Below the pieces are notes generated by a model that was given only the letters and a program-made list of their open reading frames with translations, had not been told where the DNA came from and made no database searches. Positions 19,274-29,633 of a DNA stretch of 32,608 nucleotides are shown piece after piece. Location: NCBI GenBank assembly GCA_001929475.1, contig LXFE01000467.1, positions 1-32,608 on the forward strand. Direction: 5' to 3'. This stretch comes from Neolecta irregularis DAH-3. Lineage: Eukaryota. Both the position numbers and the translations under genes were made by a program. Position 1 is the first letter of the stretch. Each line of letters starts with the position of its first letter.

Positions 19274-20215
19274 TTATGATGTTGTGCATGGGACAGGAAT
19301 GGTCTCATAGACGGTTGATTGAAGCAGACCGCTGTCTGCTGGAGGTGGCGAAATATTGGGAACGGGGCTAGCTATTTGAGTAGCAACATTGTTAGACATT
19401 GGAGCCAAAGAAGCGATAGTTTGGTTATTCTGGAGAGATGGCAAGATAGAGATAGATATTGTTGTGAATACTGGAGCTTGGGTGGGCGAGTATAGTGGGA
19501 GGACACATGCTGTCGGATGGGAGGGGGGAGAATCTGTTTGTGTGACAAGAGTCTCGAGAGATATTGAGTCGAGGACTAGATTGGCTTGCGGGATGGGGGA
19601 GTAGGTGGGCAACTGCAGAGTGGTGGGGACAGAAGGGGCGGGGTTGAAACCAAGAGGTGTGTATGGGAGGGTGCTGTTGAGCAGCGCAAGTGTGGGGCGA
19701 AGAGCGAGGGTGCGAGGCGGCAGCACAGTGAGGGTGCTGGTAAAGAAGACTGTCGAAACAAGTGTGAGGGTGCTGATGGCGGAGACGGTCGATGTGAGCG
19801 TGAGAGTGCTGGCAGCGGGCACGAGAGTGAGGGTGCTGACAGAGGAGATGGTCGACACGAGAGTGACTGTAGCAGGCGGCGGCGGGCTGTTGTCGGCGAC
19901 TGGGAGCGGCACAGGGGAAGCGACAAGCGGCGGGGACGGCAAAGCGCCTTTGCCCTGGTCGCCGATGCTTCCCGACCCGTCGATGAGGACGGCGACTGCG
20001 GACTGCTGGACACAGGCAGCAGCAGCAGTTACGGTGCGGACAAGCGGCGACGGCGTTGCAGTGACGGTGACGGTGACTGGTGCGGCAGAGAGATCGGGGC
20101 TGGCGGTGTGGGACAAGGACACGGCGACGGGTGCGAGACCAGCGGCAGAGGGCAGCGGCACAGCGAGGACTGGCAGCACAAGCAGCGGCAGCAACAGCAA
20201 CAGGTACAGAGACAT
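19274..20215 (-). CDS. Secreted Ser/Thr/Pro-rich protein (about 313 aa)
   Basis: Signal peptide MSLYLLLLLPLLVLPVLA. Low-complexity STLTL-type repeats (GAGGGTGCTG recurs on the + strand at 19668-19840). Intronless. Confidence 0.75.
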   Translation of the reverse strand: MSLYLLLLLPLLVLPVLAVPLPSAAGLAPVAVSLSHTASPDLSAAPVTVTVTATPSPLVRTVTAAAACVQQSAVAVLIDGSGSIGDQGKGALPSPPLVASPVPLPVADNSPPPPATVTLVSTISSVSTLTLVPAASTLTLTSTVSAISTLTLVSTVFFTSTLTVLPPRTLALRPTLALLNSTLPYTPLGFNPAPSVPTTLQLPTYSPIPQANLVLDSISLETLVTQTDSPPSHPTACVLPLYSPTQAPVFTTISISILPSLQNNQTIASLAPMSNNVATQIASPVPNISPPPADSGLLQSTVYETIPVPCTTS

Positions 20216-20770
20216 TCGGGTTACCAGCAGCAGCAGCACTCAGCCGTGGTTATATGCGCATCGCCCAGGGCGGCTGGTGATGCAATTGTCGCTAAAAAGG
20301 CTGGCTCTAACCCGCCCCGCCCCCGGTTTTTGCCATCCTTTCTTTTGCGCATCAGAAATACCCGCCTCTTCCACTGGCAACTCAGATGTACGCATGAGGC
20401 TGTCGCGTGCCAGGTTGGGACTGGTGGGAGGATGGCCCGAAACAGGTGGTTGTTTAGCCAACAGAGTCGCAACAACGTGCACTCACTTCATTCCTCCTCC
20501 CTCCACGTTTTATCTAACACAGCTCTAGCAGACTTTCCCCTTCTTAATGTGTATAACTCTGGCATCAGTGTCATTTGAACATATGCCATCCATGTATTCT
20601 TCTCTCATAGATACTCTTTAATGTTTCCACAGAACTAATTGTGGATACCTGCTGCATTCCGGTTTGTAGTAAATAAAGACAGCAACGAGAAGGCTAGAAA
20701 TATAGTTGTATAGTAATTGGTTACCTTTTTTTGTGTTTGCCACCCCAGGCACCGCCGCACTTCGGCCCCT

Positions 20771-21674
20771 ATGCCCGTCTTCGCCCCAACCTCCTTCCTT
20801 TTCCTCTACTGGTTCCTCCCAGACCTCATCTATAAGATTTATTCTCGCATCTTTCGCGGTGGTCGTAGAGTATACATCGCCATTTGCTCTCTCTTCACTG
20901 CTTTCTATATCGCATACGCCTTGTTCAACATAATCTCAAGCTACGGCCCTACATACTACGACTTGCTATCTGTACACCCCTCCGTCTCAGAGAAAGACCT
21001 CAAGCGCCAATTTAGAAGACTGTGCACCTCATCTTCCTCACATCTTGTTGATTAAAAAGTTCCCTGACGCATCATCCCGATAAAACCGGCGACTCGGACG
21101 TCTTCATTGAATTGAAAACAGCCTATGACGTGCTCTCGTCGCCGTCTTCACGATTCGCTTACGATGCTTTTGGACCCGATATAGTCCACTGGAATTTCAT
21201 CACTACAGAAGAATACGTTTTTCGCGGACTATACACATCCGCTGGGTATTATATCGTCTCTACCTTTGTTTCCCTTGTCTTGGGTATGATAGGTAGAGCC
21301 TCATGGGGGAAATTCGTATGCCTCCTACAATCCCAATTTTGATCGTCTAGTGGAGATACTTGGCAATCGTAACGTTGGCTTTCGTCGAGTTGCACATGAT
21401 CACTCGCCCGCTTCAACTGCCTTTCTTTCTCCCGTTTCAATGGATCGTGTTATTACGTGAAGCATTCTCGCTTTTGGCTATCGCAATGACCCAGTTGGGT
21501 CCCTTGCTCGTACCCGATAAACCTGATGTGACACAAGAGCTGTTAAACAGCATTGATACGAATGTCAGCGAAATGCTGAAATTCGAGGCTAGCGGCGTGC
21601 CAGCAGAAAAGCTGCGTGAGTTGATAAATGAAGAGTTGCTTAGAAATTGGGCCATTAAAAATATGCAGCATTGA
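20771..21674 (+). CDS. Membrane-associated DnaJ (J-domain) protein, 3 exons
   Basis: N-terminal hydrophobic segments, then TYYDLLSV...DLKRQFRRL|SLTHHPDK...FIELKTAYDVL....RFAYDAFG (HPD restored by intron 21022-21059), followed by further TM helices. Confidence 0.92.
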
Positions 21675-21899
21675 AGTGGCTTTCGACCGTATTTTTCATT
21701 TTCACACATGAACCAAATCCGATCTTCTCGGAGTTCGGGAATGATGGCTGTCTGAAATTTAAAAGGGTTTTGTGTTTTCCGTTGCACTTTACTATCCATC
21801 CTAGATCACTTACCCGCTCTTAATATGATGTTTCATGTTTTGGCTACCTCAAATCCTCCTCAATGACCTCCACTTTTGTAGTCGTCGTATAACGCCATC

Positions 21900-23402
21900 A
21901 TGTATTCGTTGTTGTTACTGATTCTCTCTTATACAGCCACATTAAATGCACTCAATATCGATCCATCATCTAGAGGTAAATATTTCCCACTTGGAGACAT
22001 ACCAACTTGCTAGAATCCATTGTTGAGGCATCTGGGATTGTTGGCCAGAAAATGTTCAGTTTCTACAAAGGCGATGAACCCGGTCATGTTCCTGGGTTAT
22101 TCGAGGGAAGTGGGAGCCACTGGTGGCAGACCGGAGCAATGTTTGGCGTACTTGCATTCGCGTGTCATGCCTGACCAAACAGGCTTTGATCGATTATCGA
22201 AGATACACAAACGATACCAGATACGACGCTTCGGTAACGAAGGGAATGCTCCACCAAGTCGGCGGAAACAATAATTATCTCCCCGCAAATCAAACGTTTG
22301 TTGCTGGAAACGACGATATTGCATTCTGGGCATTTGCAGCTCTCGGTGCTGCAGAATCAAAATTTCCTGATCCGCCGGCTGGACAGCCGCAGTGGCTGGC
22401 TCTTGCTCAAGCAGTCTTCAACGATATGACGACTCGTTGGACGAATAAATGTGGCGGCGGTATTCCCTGGCAAACATTTAGCTTTAATTCAGGCTTTCAG
22501 TATAAAAACAGTATTTCCAACGGCGCCTTTTTCAATATCGCAGCCCGATTGGCGAGATATACCGGAGATTCGCATTATGCCAAATGGGCGGAAAAAATAT
22601 TCGACTGGATGACGACGGTCGGCTATATCACTGAACATTACTGGGTTTTGGACGGAGCTGACGAACGGCAAAATTGCAAGATGATCGATGACCGACAGTG
22701 GAGTTATAACAGCGCCGTAATGCTCGGTGGTTCCGCCTTCATGTACGCTTATGTAATCCATTTTCCTTGCTTGCACACGCACTAATTCTATAGACCAATG
22801 GCTCGGATATCTGGAAACAACGAGTTGATGGATTCATCGATGCTGCTTCATATATTTTTGTGGAGAACGGAGTGATTGATGAATACACATGTTGGCTAGC
22901 CACCGTTCCTTGCAATGACGATCAAGTCACATTTAAAGGCTACCTCGCCCGGTTCATGGGATATACCGCTTACCTCGTTCCACACACTGCCCCACAGATC
23001 TTTTCATTATTAGCCTCTACAGCCGTCGCTGCCGGAAAAACATGCACGAATATGTGCGGTTTCGATTGGCGGAACTCCACGTTCGACGGGCGGACTAGTG
23101 TGCAGGTTCAATTGGCGAATTTTGAAGTAATTCAATCGAATTTGATGAAATTTATGCCGCCGTTAGGTGATGGATCAAATGATGTATTCGTCACTGCCTC
23201 GTCGGGGGGAACTTCCAAGGGCGATCCTAACGCAGGAGCAAGTAGCAAGAGCGGTATACCTAGCCCGGAGCAGATCAGAGACAATACAACAGCCGATAAA
23301 GTTGGTGCTGGAATTCTGAGTTTGTTGACTGTTGCTGCCGTCTTGGGTATTCATTGATATTTTCAATGCTAATATCAAGTACTGAACATTTGGATTGTGT
23401 AG
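21900..23402 (+). CDS. DCW1: GH76 mannan endo-1,6-alpha-mannosidase / transglycosidase (DCW1/DFG5 family), GPI-type C-terminus
   Basis: Signal peptide; WWQTGAMF; catalytic GNDDIAFW; CGGGIPWQ; YKNSISNG; WSYN; NDDQVTFKGYLAR; GGTSKGDPNAG. Hydrophobic tail GAGILSLLTVAAVLVLNIWIV* after intron 23347-23379. DCW1 versus DFG5 cannot be resolved. Confidence 0.95.
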
Positions 23403-23560
23403 GTTGTGGGCTTTTGGTGTTTTTATTTAAGGGAGGACGTATTATATTATTGAATTGGGATACTCTTTTCCCGGCACGTTATTCATTTTTCCCCACCATG
23501 ATTCCTGAACCTTCGTTTCCCACTTTCGAATGACAAGATTCAAAAATTTGAATAATTCAA

Positions 23561-24478
23561 ATGGACCAATTCCTCCTACGTCGTTCTTTACGTAGGCAAT
23601 TTGTCTCAATCAGCCCGGCTAGATTCTACACAGAAATCCCGATATCGTCTCTCGACCCGGGTATTCCTTCGCTCAAAGAGCATATTTTAATCGGGTTTGT
23701 ACCATCGACTGATCTATTTTTGACAATCCCAACATGGCCGAACTGCGGGCTGTCGATTTGGCGGTATGGGGAACCAGCTACCCTTGTCCGATCCATTGAT
23801 ACTCCGTTATCGAATGTTGTCAAAGTGCAGACTGCATGTAGCGAATGCCATGTCTATCAACTTGTCTCCACCAAAGATTTCCTCGAATTCCGGAAATTCG
23901 GGTTAAATTCAGGAGTCTCTTTTGGGGGAATGAGCGTCTCGTCACCAGGCATGATTTGTTGGAAATACTTGTCCAGCTCGAACATGATGGTGACGCTTAT
24001 AGATGATATTGCAGCTTGTTATCCTATCAGGCGCCAAACTCGAAAATGGGAAGAAGCTGATGACAATGGACTCTTGCGGATAAATCTCGATTTGTACCTC
24101 GAAATTTACATGACTCGAAAACTACAAACGACTTTTCGAGTTTTGAATTTCAGATCTTTGGTTGTGGATTCGGAAGATGATAAAAATCGTTTAAAAGTCT
24201 TTGCCTGGGCGGTTCAGGGGCTGGAGCGGTTGGTTTGGGTTTTACTTCTCAATCTGTATACAGGTGAGATCCAAGTAACCAGTGTTAAAAAATACCGCTC
24301 AGCCTTTCAAGTCGATCCCATTTTGCTCAGGTTGGGCTTGCAACGACATATCTGCAGTACAAAGTGTCTGGGGAAGAGTACCAAGGTCTTGGAGACATAC
24401 GAATTTGGGAAACGTAAGGGTGTAGAGAAAATTGTATGGGATGATGGCGCGCGAGTGATTACTGGATGGGTTTTGTGA
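23561..24478 (+). CDS. Intronless 305-aa protein, possible compact DCAF15-like CRL4/DDB1 substrate receptor
   Basis: Clean ORF, beta-rich. N-terminal H-box-like MDQFLLRRSL; HILIGF...LSIW...LVR; C-terminal LNLYTGEIQVTSV and ...RVITGWVL*. The family call rests on remembered DCAF15 motifs only. Confidence 0.65.
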   Translation: MDQFLLRRSLRRQFVSISPARFYTEIPISSLDPGIPSLKEHILIGFVPSTDLFLTIPTWPNCGLSIWRYGEPATLVRSIDTPLSNVVKVQTACSECHVYQLVSTKDFLEFRKFGLNSGVSFGGMSVSSPGMICWKYLSSSNMMVTLIDDIAACYPIRRQTRKWEEADDNGLLRINLDLYLEIYMTRKLQTTFRVLNFRSLVVDSEDDKNRLKVFAWAVQGLERLVWVLLLNLYTGEIQVTSVKKYRSAFQVDPILLRLGLQRHICSTKCLGKSTKVLETYEFGKRKGVEKIVWDDGARVITGWVL

Positions 24479-24855
24479 TAGAGAAAGAAGTTCTCATTTT
24501 GTATTAATCGCCTCTTCCCCCTGGGTCGTTTGCGCCAACGCACCCTTTCTTTTACTGATATACCAAGGAGAAGTTTGTGCAGATTTAGTAATCTGTTTCT
24601 ACCGCATCGGGACTTTCAAGACTTTTCGAACACATCTGTTCAATGTTCCATTTCAAGTAGTTACCAAAATGCAAAGCCACTGCGGAAGAATCAAATTAAA
24701 GCGAAGGAGAAGCTGCCATCTTCTTGAGAAACCCTTGTGCATAATTTCTCACTAGTAGGATACAGATAGTCGACTCTCCGTCATTAATCTAGCCCATTAA
24801 ACACGGGTTGTACACTGGCTGGTGGCTTGCACTGATATTGCGGCAATTAAAATAA

Positions 24856-25066
24856 GGGCGTATTTTGCAGCCAGTTCTTTGGCCCGATTTAGCCGAACTT
24901 CATGAAATTCGGATTTAAAAATAGCCTCTGTTTTTTATGATGTCAAGAGATCAGTGATAAGGAATTGCGATAAAATTTGGTGAGGGGCTGCAAACCGGGT
25001 TTTTTGGAATTATGCGAAATAAATTTCAACTTCATGAAGTTATTGAGCGTGCTGCAAAATGCACCC
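24856..25066. mobile_element. 211-bp MITE-like element (PIF/Harbinger/Tourist-like ends)
   Basis: Left TIR GGGCGTATTTTGCAGC (24856-24871); right GCTGCAAAATGCACCC (25051-25066), 14/16 as inverted repeats. Subterminal near-palindromes AACTTCATGAA(A/G)TT near both ends. TAA precedes the left end, but AAG follows the right end. Confidence 0.6.
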
Positions 25067-25182
25067 AAGTATATAAGACAGAAGATAGCCATACCTAGCC
25101 TGAGCTCAACAAGTTTACTTAACTTATCTTAGGCTAGACAATATAACCTATTCTTATTTGGAACTTGGGCGCAAGACTTACA

Positions 25183-27251
25183 TCATAGGTATTTTACTGC
25201 AGCTTCGCCCACAACTTCCCCGTTATATAAAACCTCAAATTTGAGCACTGAGGCTGTGAATTTCATCGCTATTTCTATATTGAGCTCAAAGTACTGGGAG
25301 CCATTGGTGACAGATCGTCGAGTTCGATACATTTGTCTGTGATCTTGGGTTAGATTAACAGTGAGCTGACATAGTGATTTGATAGAAGCTATATATTATC
25401 AGCAAGGCAATACCATTAGAGAAACATCATACGATGACTTGAACGCTTAGGAGGCGTTTCGGCAACAGAACAAAGAAGGTCGTACTCATAGCTAGTCCTC
25501 TTCTTGCTCCTTGCGTTGTGGATGAATGGTAATTTGATTGACTCTGCATGCTGCACCTCATCACCCTATCGAATATTATTCAATCTCAACCAGAGCCAAA
25601 ATATACCTGTGTCACATACCAGCTCATACAGCCAGACGCTTTTTCGTCGCCTGTAACCTTGCAAACATAATGCTGATCCTTGTCATGGCTTTCAGGGTCC
25701 CAATGGCAATTGCAAGATACTCCGTAACTTTGTCGAACCTTTCTAGTCGTGACTATCTTCTCACAAAGACCATGAATCACAGCACCACGAACAACGGCCG
25801 ACCAACTAGATTATGAAAACTTAGTTTCGAGAGATACATACGCATCAGAAGGCTGTTGCACAGAAATATCTGGATACATCCCTTGGATGCGACTACGAAG
25901 ATATCCATTGGAGCCAAATCCACCAACAAGGAAAATGATCTACTAACTTTAATCGATACCTCTGGCTGATAGACAACCTCGATAGTCCTGTTCGATTTCG
26001 CAATCTGATTTTCGATAAGGTCAATGACTTTATTTATTACTGGATCGAAAACGCTGACCATTTCGGCTCTGTTTACTGTCAAAATGTTTTTTTTGGTGAC
26101 GGAATGTATTTACCTACTGAATATCAAGCACCCAACCGATATTCCAGCTTCTTCATCTTCGTCGATGTCACACCCACATAGGGTAATGTTAAATTCATCT
26201 TCATCGTCATCTTCGCCAAAATTAACTTTGAGATAGTCGTTAAACTCTCGAAAAAGACTAGAAAGTCCCCTCTCATTGAGGAATTTATCCCCAAATTTGC
26301 TCAGCCTCTTCCGCAAAAGCTTTTCAAATTCATGTTCAAGATAGGTGGCTCCGCATAGGCCGCCTTGATACCATTTAATGATGAAAATGACTCTCAAATA
26401 CCTGTGCCTACTGTGATCTCCTTTATTTGCAGTGGTAGAGCATTTGTAACTTGATATGAGATAAGATCGACAGTACCACCTCCCGCATCGCAAACAAGAA
26501 ACCGGTTTCCCTCCTATATGATTCAAACCAATTAGAGTCGCGAACTCATACCTTCAAATCGACGTGTTCAATATGTGCACATGCAATCGCAGCAGCTTCA
26601 GGCTCTCGAACAATCTCTAGCTTTCCTTTAAACCCGGCATTGACAGCTACGGACTTGGTGACCGCTTGTGCCTTGTCTGACCAAATAGCAGGGACAGTAA
26701 TATAGTACTCAATCGGCGTACAGTTAAAAAGCATACACCCATAAGTGGACTTCAAATGGCTAATGAGATGATCATGAATAAGAGTAAGATAATCCGTTAC
26801 AACTTCAGCCGCTGTCTTTCTGGGAGGTTTGGATGCATGACGCGATGCCGTGCCTAGGTAATTCGAATGGGTATCATCGAGAAGCAATTTAAACCATCGA
26901 GCTATCGTTTGATTAGATTTTAATGTTTTTTTCTCAGCTTGGGCTCCCCAAGCTGAAATTGTTCCGTCTTCTTCGAAGATCATAAGCGATGCATTTCTCC
27001 CAGGTCAATGAGGTTTTTTGGAATACGCATGTTACTTCACACTAGTTTGTTGGTTTGAGCCCGGCCAGTGTCTGATGAGGCTTATTGTATTTGGATCACC
27101 AGAATACGCAAAGGCAACGCCTGAGTAAGTCGTACCAAAATCGATCCCAACAATCTCGTCAATTGTCAGAACGGCCGTCATGAACAAGGATTCTTACGAA
27201 TCGATTCTTTTGGTCATCGAGGCAGAGACTATGTGGTTCTTGAAATTTCAT
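25183..27251 (-). CDS. Atypical Hsp70-family ATPase (HSPA12-like fungal subfamily), about 10 exons
   Basis: IVGIDFGTTYSGVAFA, WPG, WFKLLL, ITVPAIWSDKA, EPEAAA, VCDAGGGTVDLISY, GLCGA, FLVGGFGSNGYL, WSAVVRGAV, SYG. The short beta C-terminus ends ...GEAAVKYL*, with no helical lid or EEVD. The frame is intact after splicing. Confidence 0.93.
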
Positions 27252-27486
27252 GGCAATGTATATGAACAAAAGATCCGGCGAGATGAAAAGGCCAGCATTT
27301 AAGCTTAGCTAGCTCGTCGACTCGAAATCTGTTGCCTATCATTGACCCCTGAAAACCCCCTGCATATCATAAATATTTGCGGCAAACAGTGAGAAAATAA
27401 AGTGCAACTTCTCTCATTTGCGCCTGATAAATTGTCCATAAGTAGCATCACTGTAATCGGTCGACATTACGACGAAAGTTCTGGAC

Positions 27487-28622
27487 ATGTCCAACGTCTC
27501 TGGCACGTACAGCAGATATTCAAACTGCAGAGTCGGAAAGAGAAGCGAAGGCAACGAAAGATACTCGAATGAAAAAGAAAAAGAGTCAGACTTTGATAAA
27601 CGCCATATAAACGCAGAAGCGCGCGAAAGAGGAAGGACTGAAGAGTGGAACACTGTTTATCGAAAACCGAATGATGTTGTTCGAAAGTACCGACTGTTAT
27701 CGCAAAGCTACTCCGACCTGAAAGAAAGGAACAAATTTCTCGAATCTCAACTAGTCTCAACAATCGCTAAAGCTGAGGATATCAAAACCCAATTTGTTAT
27801 CGCAAATCATCCGGACAACGATATTCGCGACGACAAGTATTACATCGACAAAATAAACCAACTATGTGGCGATATTAAACAAATGGCTGTAAAGAATTTC
27901 CGCCGAGCGCCAACTATTTTGGAAACTACTTATTTCACCAACGACAAATCAAATTTCTGTGGCTGGTGTGAAAATATCTGTGGTGTTTCTTGGAGAGAAC
28001 TTCAAAATGAAATGATTCATAATAGATCTCTGAGAATAGCACTTATCAGAGGATGGATGATGAATGTCTTGTGGAAATCTATATTTGGTCCGGTAGTTCC
28101 TTTGAGGTCAATGCATGTATCGAACGGATTTGAAGAGGTGTATAATGAGATGGCAAAAGGTAAATCATATATTCAACATTTCTGATTAATGAAGTTGATT
28201 GGGATGAGGCTAGAAAGTGGCGAAAGCATTATTTTAAGACTTTGACTACACCCGACCTTGTCGAGCGAGAGGCTGTTTCTATACGACATCTAGCAGAATG
28301 GGTGACCAGGGATATGGCTCTAATAACAGGGACGAACCAGTCTACCATGATGAATGCCGCAGAAAAGATTATTTCCAAAGCTTTAGAAGTAGCTTTTGCG
28401 GCACGTTCCGACGATGGGTGTGTTACGATTTCACTTTCAGGTGGACGCATGGGTATGGCTGAAAGCGTGGAGAGTGTTGGAACGCACTCGATGAGATCTA
28501 GGAAGCCGATCACGATAAAGTGTAATCCGGGAATATATCGATCTTTTGATCGTCAAATGCGGCCAATTGAACTCAAAAGCATCTCTTGGATGCGGTCCGA
28601 CGTTGGAGGCTTCAGTAAGTAG
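27487..28622 (+). CDS. Coiled-coil hypothetical protein (366 aa, intron 28160-28194), putative GrpE/MIEAP-like partner of the adjacent Hsp70
   Basis: Charged N-terminus; heptads YRLLSQSYSDLKERNKFLESQLVSTIAK; helical body DDKYYIDKINQL..DI, ARKWR....TL, IISKALEVA; beta tail ITIKCNPGIYRS...MRSDV. A 35-nt GT-AG intron joins the two ORFs in frame. Confidence 0.8.
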
Positions 28623-29369
28623 GTTTGTCGAATGCAGAATGTGTCTGAAATAATCATATTATAAATGAGGAATATTTTGATGATACTGACGAGGGTAAAT
28701 TTATTCATCAATGTTATGTTCGGCTACAGAACAAAGAGCATCTTCATATTGGCATACGTCGAGGTGCAGATTTTAATAAAGCCACTACGATTATTTATCA
28801 AAGCTGAGACTGGTAACGTGATCTTCCTCGGGTTGTTCTTTCGTTCTTCGATATATTTCCGATTTGCATACCAAGTTCCTGCCTTGCATAAAAGAGTTAG
28901 GATAGTAAAATTTCCCTGTATAATGCATTAGTGGTATCCATTAATTACAGTGAAATTATCACAGTGAGTATTCACTCAACCTGACAGGTGTAAAGATCGA
29001 GGGGCATCGGTGCAGTGAGGTGATGGTCAGGTGGGGTGAGAGGAAGCGAGTGGGTGACAAATTTGAGTGAGGGTTGAAGTTTTCTATTAAGCTGACTAGC
29101 CGTTACTTTGAAGGTGTTGGCCTTTCATCTTCACTAGGTCATTAACTCGGAAAATTAATTACTCACCCTATGCGATGAAGGATCTGGCTCTGGAAATGCA
29201 AATATGTTTGAGGGCGCCCCGACACTGGGAAGACTCTGCAGGTGGATGACCGGGACAGCAATGCGGAGGAGGAGACAGAGGCTATTCTGCAGGGTTAGTA
29301 TTCGTTTGAGCTGGGTGAGTGAGTGTCTGCGATGGGTATGGGCGGCAAGGGCGGACGACGAGGGCGGGG

Positions 29370-29619
29370 GGCAAGGGCCAGCGGCATAAGCTTATGGCTT
29401 TTCATAGGCCAGGGCTTAGCCTGGCCCGTCCACAACACTGCATATGCAAGCCTCATACAAGGTATCATTATATAGTCTCACATTTGTATATATAAAGGCT
29501 AGTTCTGGGATGATGGCTCCTTGCCTTTGGTATAGGACTCATCATCCATAGACTCTTCACTCAGTACTCAGCTAAGCTCCCTTGTTGGTAGCAGCATAAG
29601 GACAAGAACCATCCTTACA
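29370..29619. mobile_element. Possible transposon relics: hAT-like terminus (about 29370-29440) followed by an LTR- or promoter-like segment
   Basis: The minus strand from 29440 begins CAGTGTTGTG, with hairpin GGCCAGG-n6-CCTGGCC (29407-29426) and palindrome CATAAGCTTATG. Then TG...CA (29439-29619) contains TATATATAAAG at 29487. No partner terminus or TSD found. Confidence 0.3.
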
Positions 29620-29633
29620 CTGAACCAGTGGAA

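Noticed and set aside
19586-20578. Two long + strand ORFs (330 and 307 aa)
   Set aside because: Stop-poor antisense frames of the GC-skewed low-complexity secreted gene.
20771-21674. DnaJ gene as a third member of the Hsp70/GrpE-like module
   Set aside because: It is separated by two unrelated genes and is a conserved membrane J-protein type. Linkage is probably coincidental unless synteny shows otherwise.
29170-29389. GC-rich stretch with splice-like signals; SALLSR...CRVF on the minus strand faintly recalls Mgs1/RarA
   Set aside because: The motif is interrupted, and the + strand reads equally plausibly (DTGKTLQVDDRDSNAEEETEAILQ). Unresolved.
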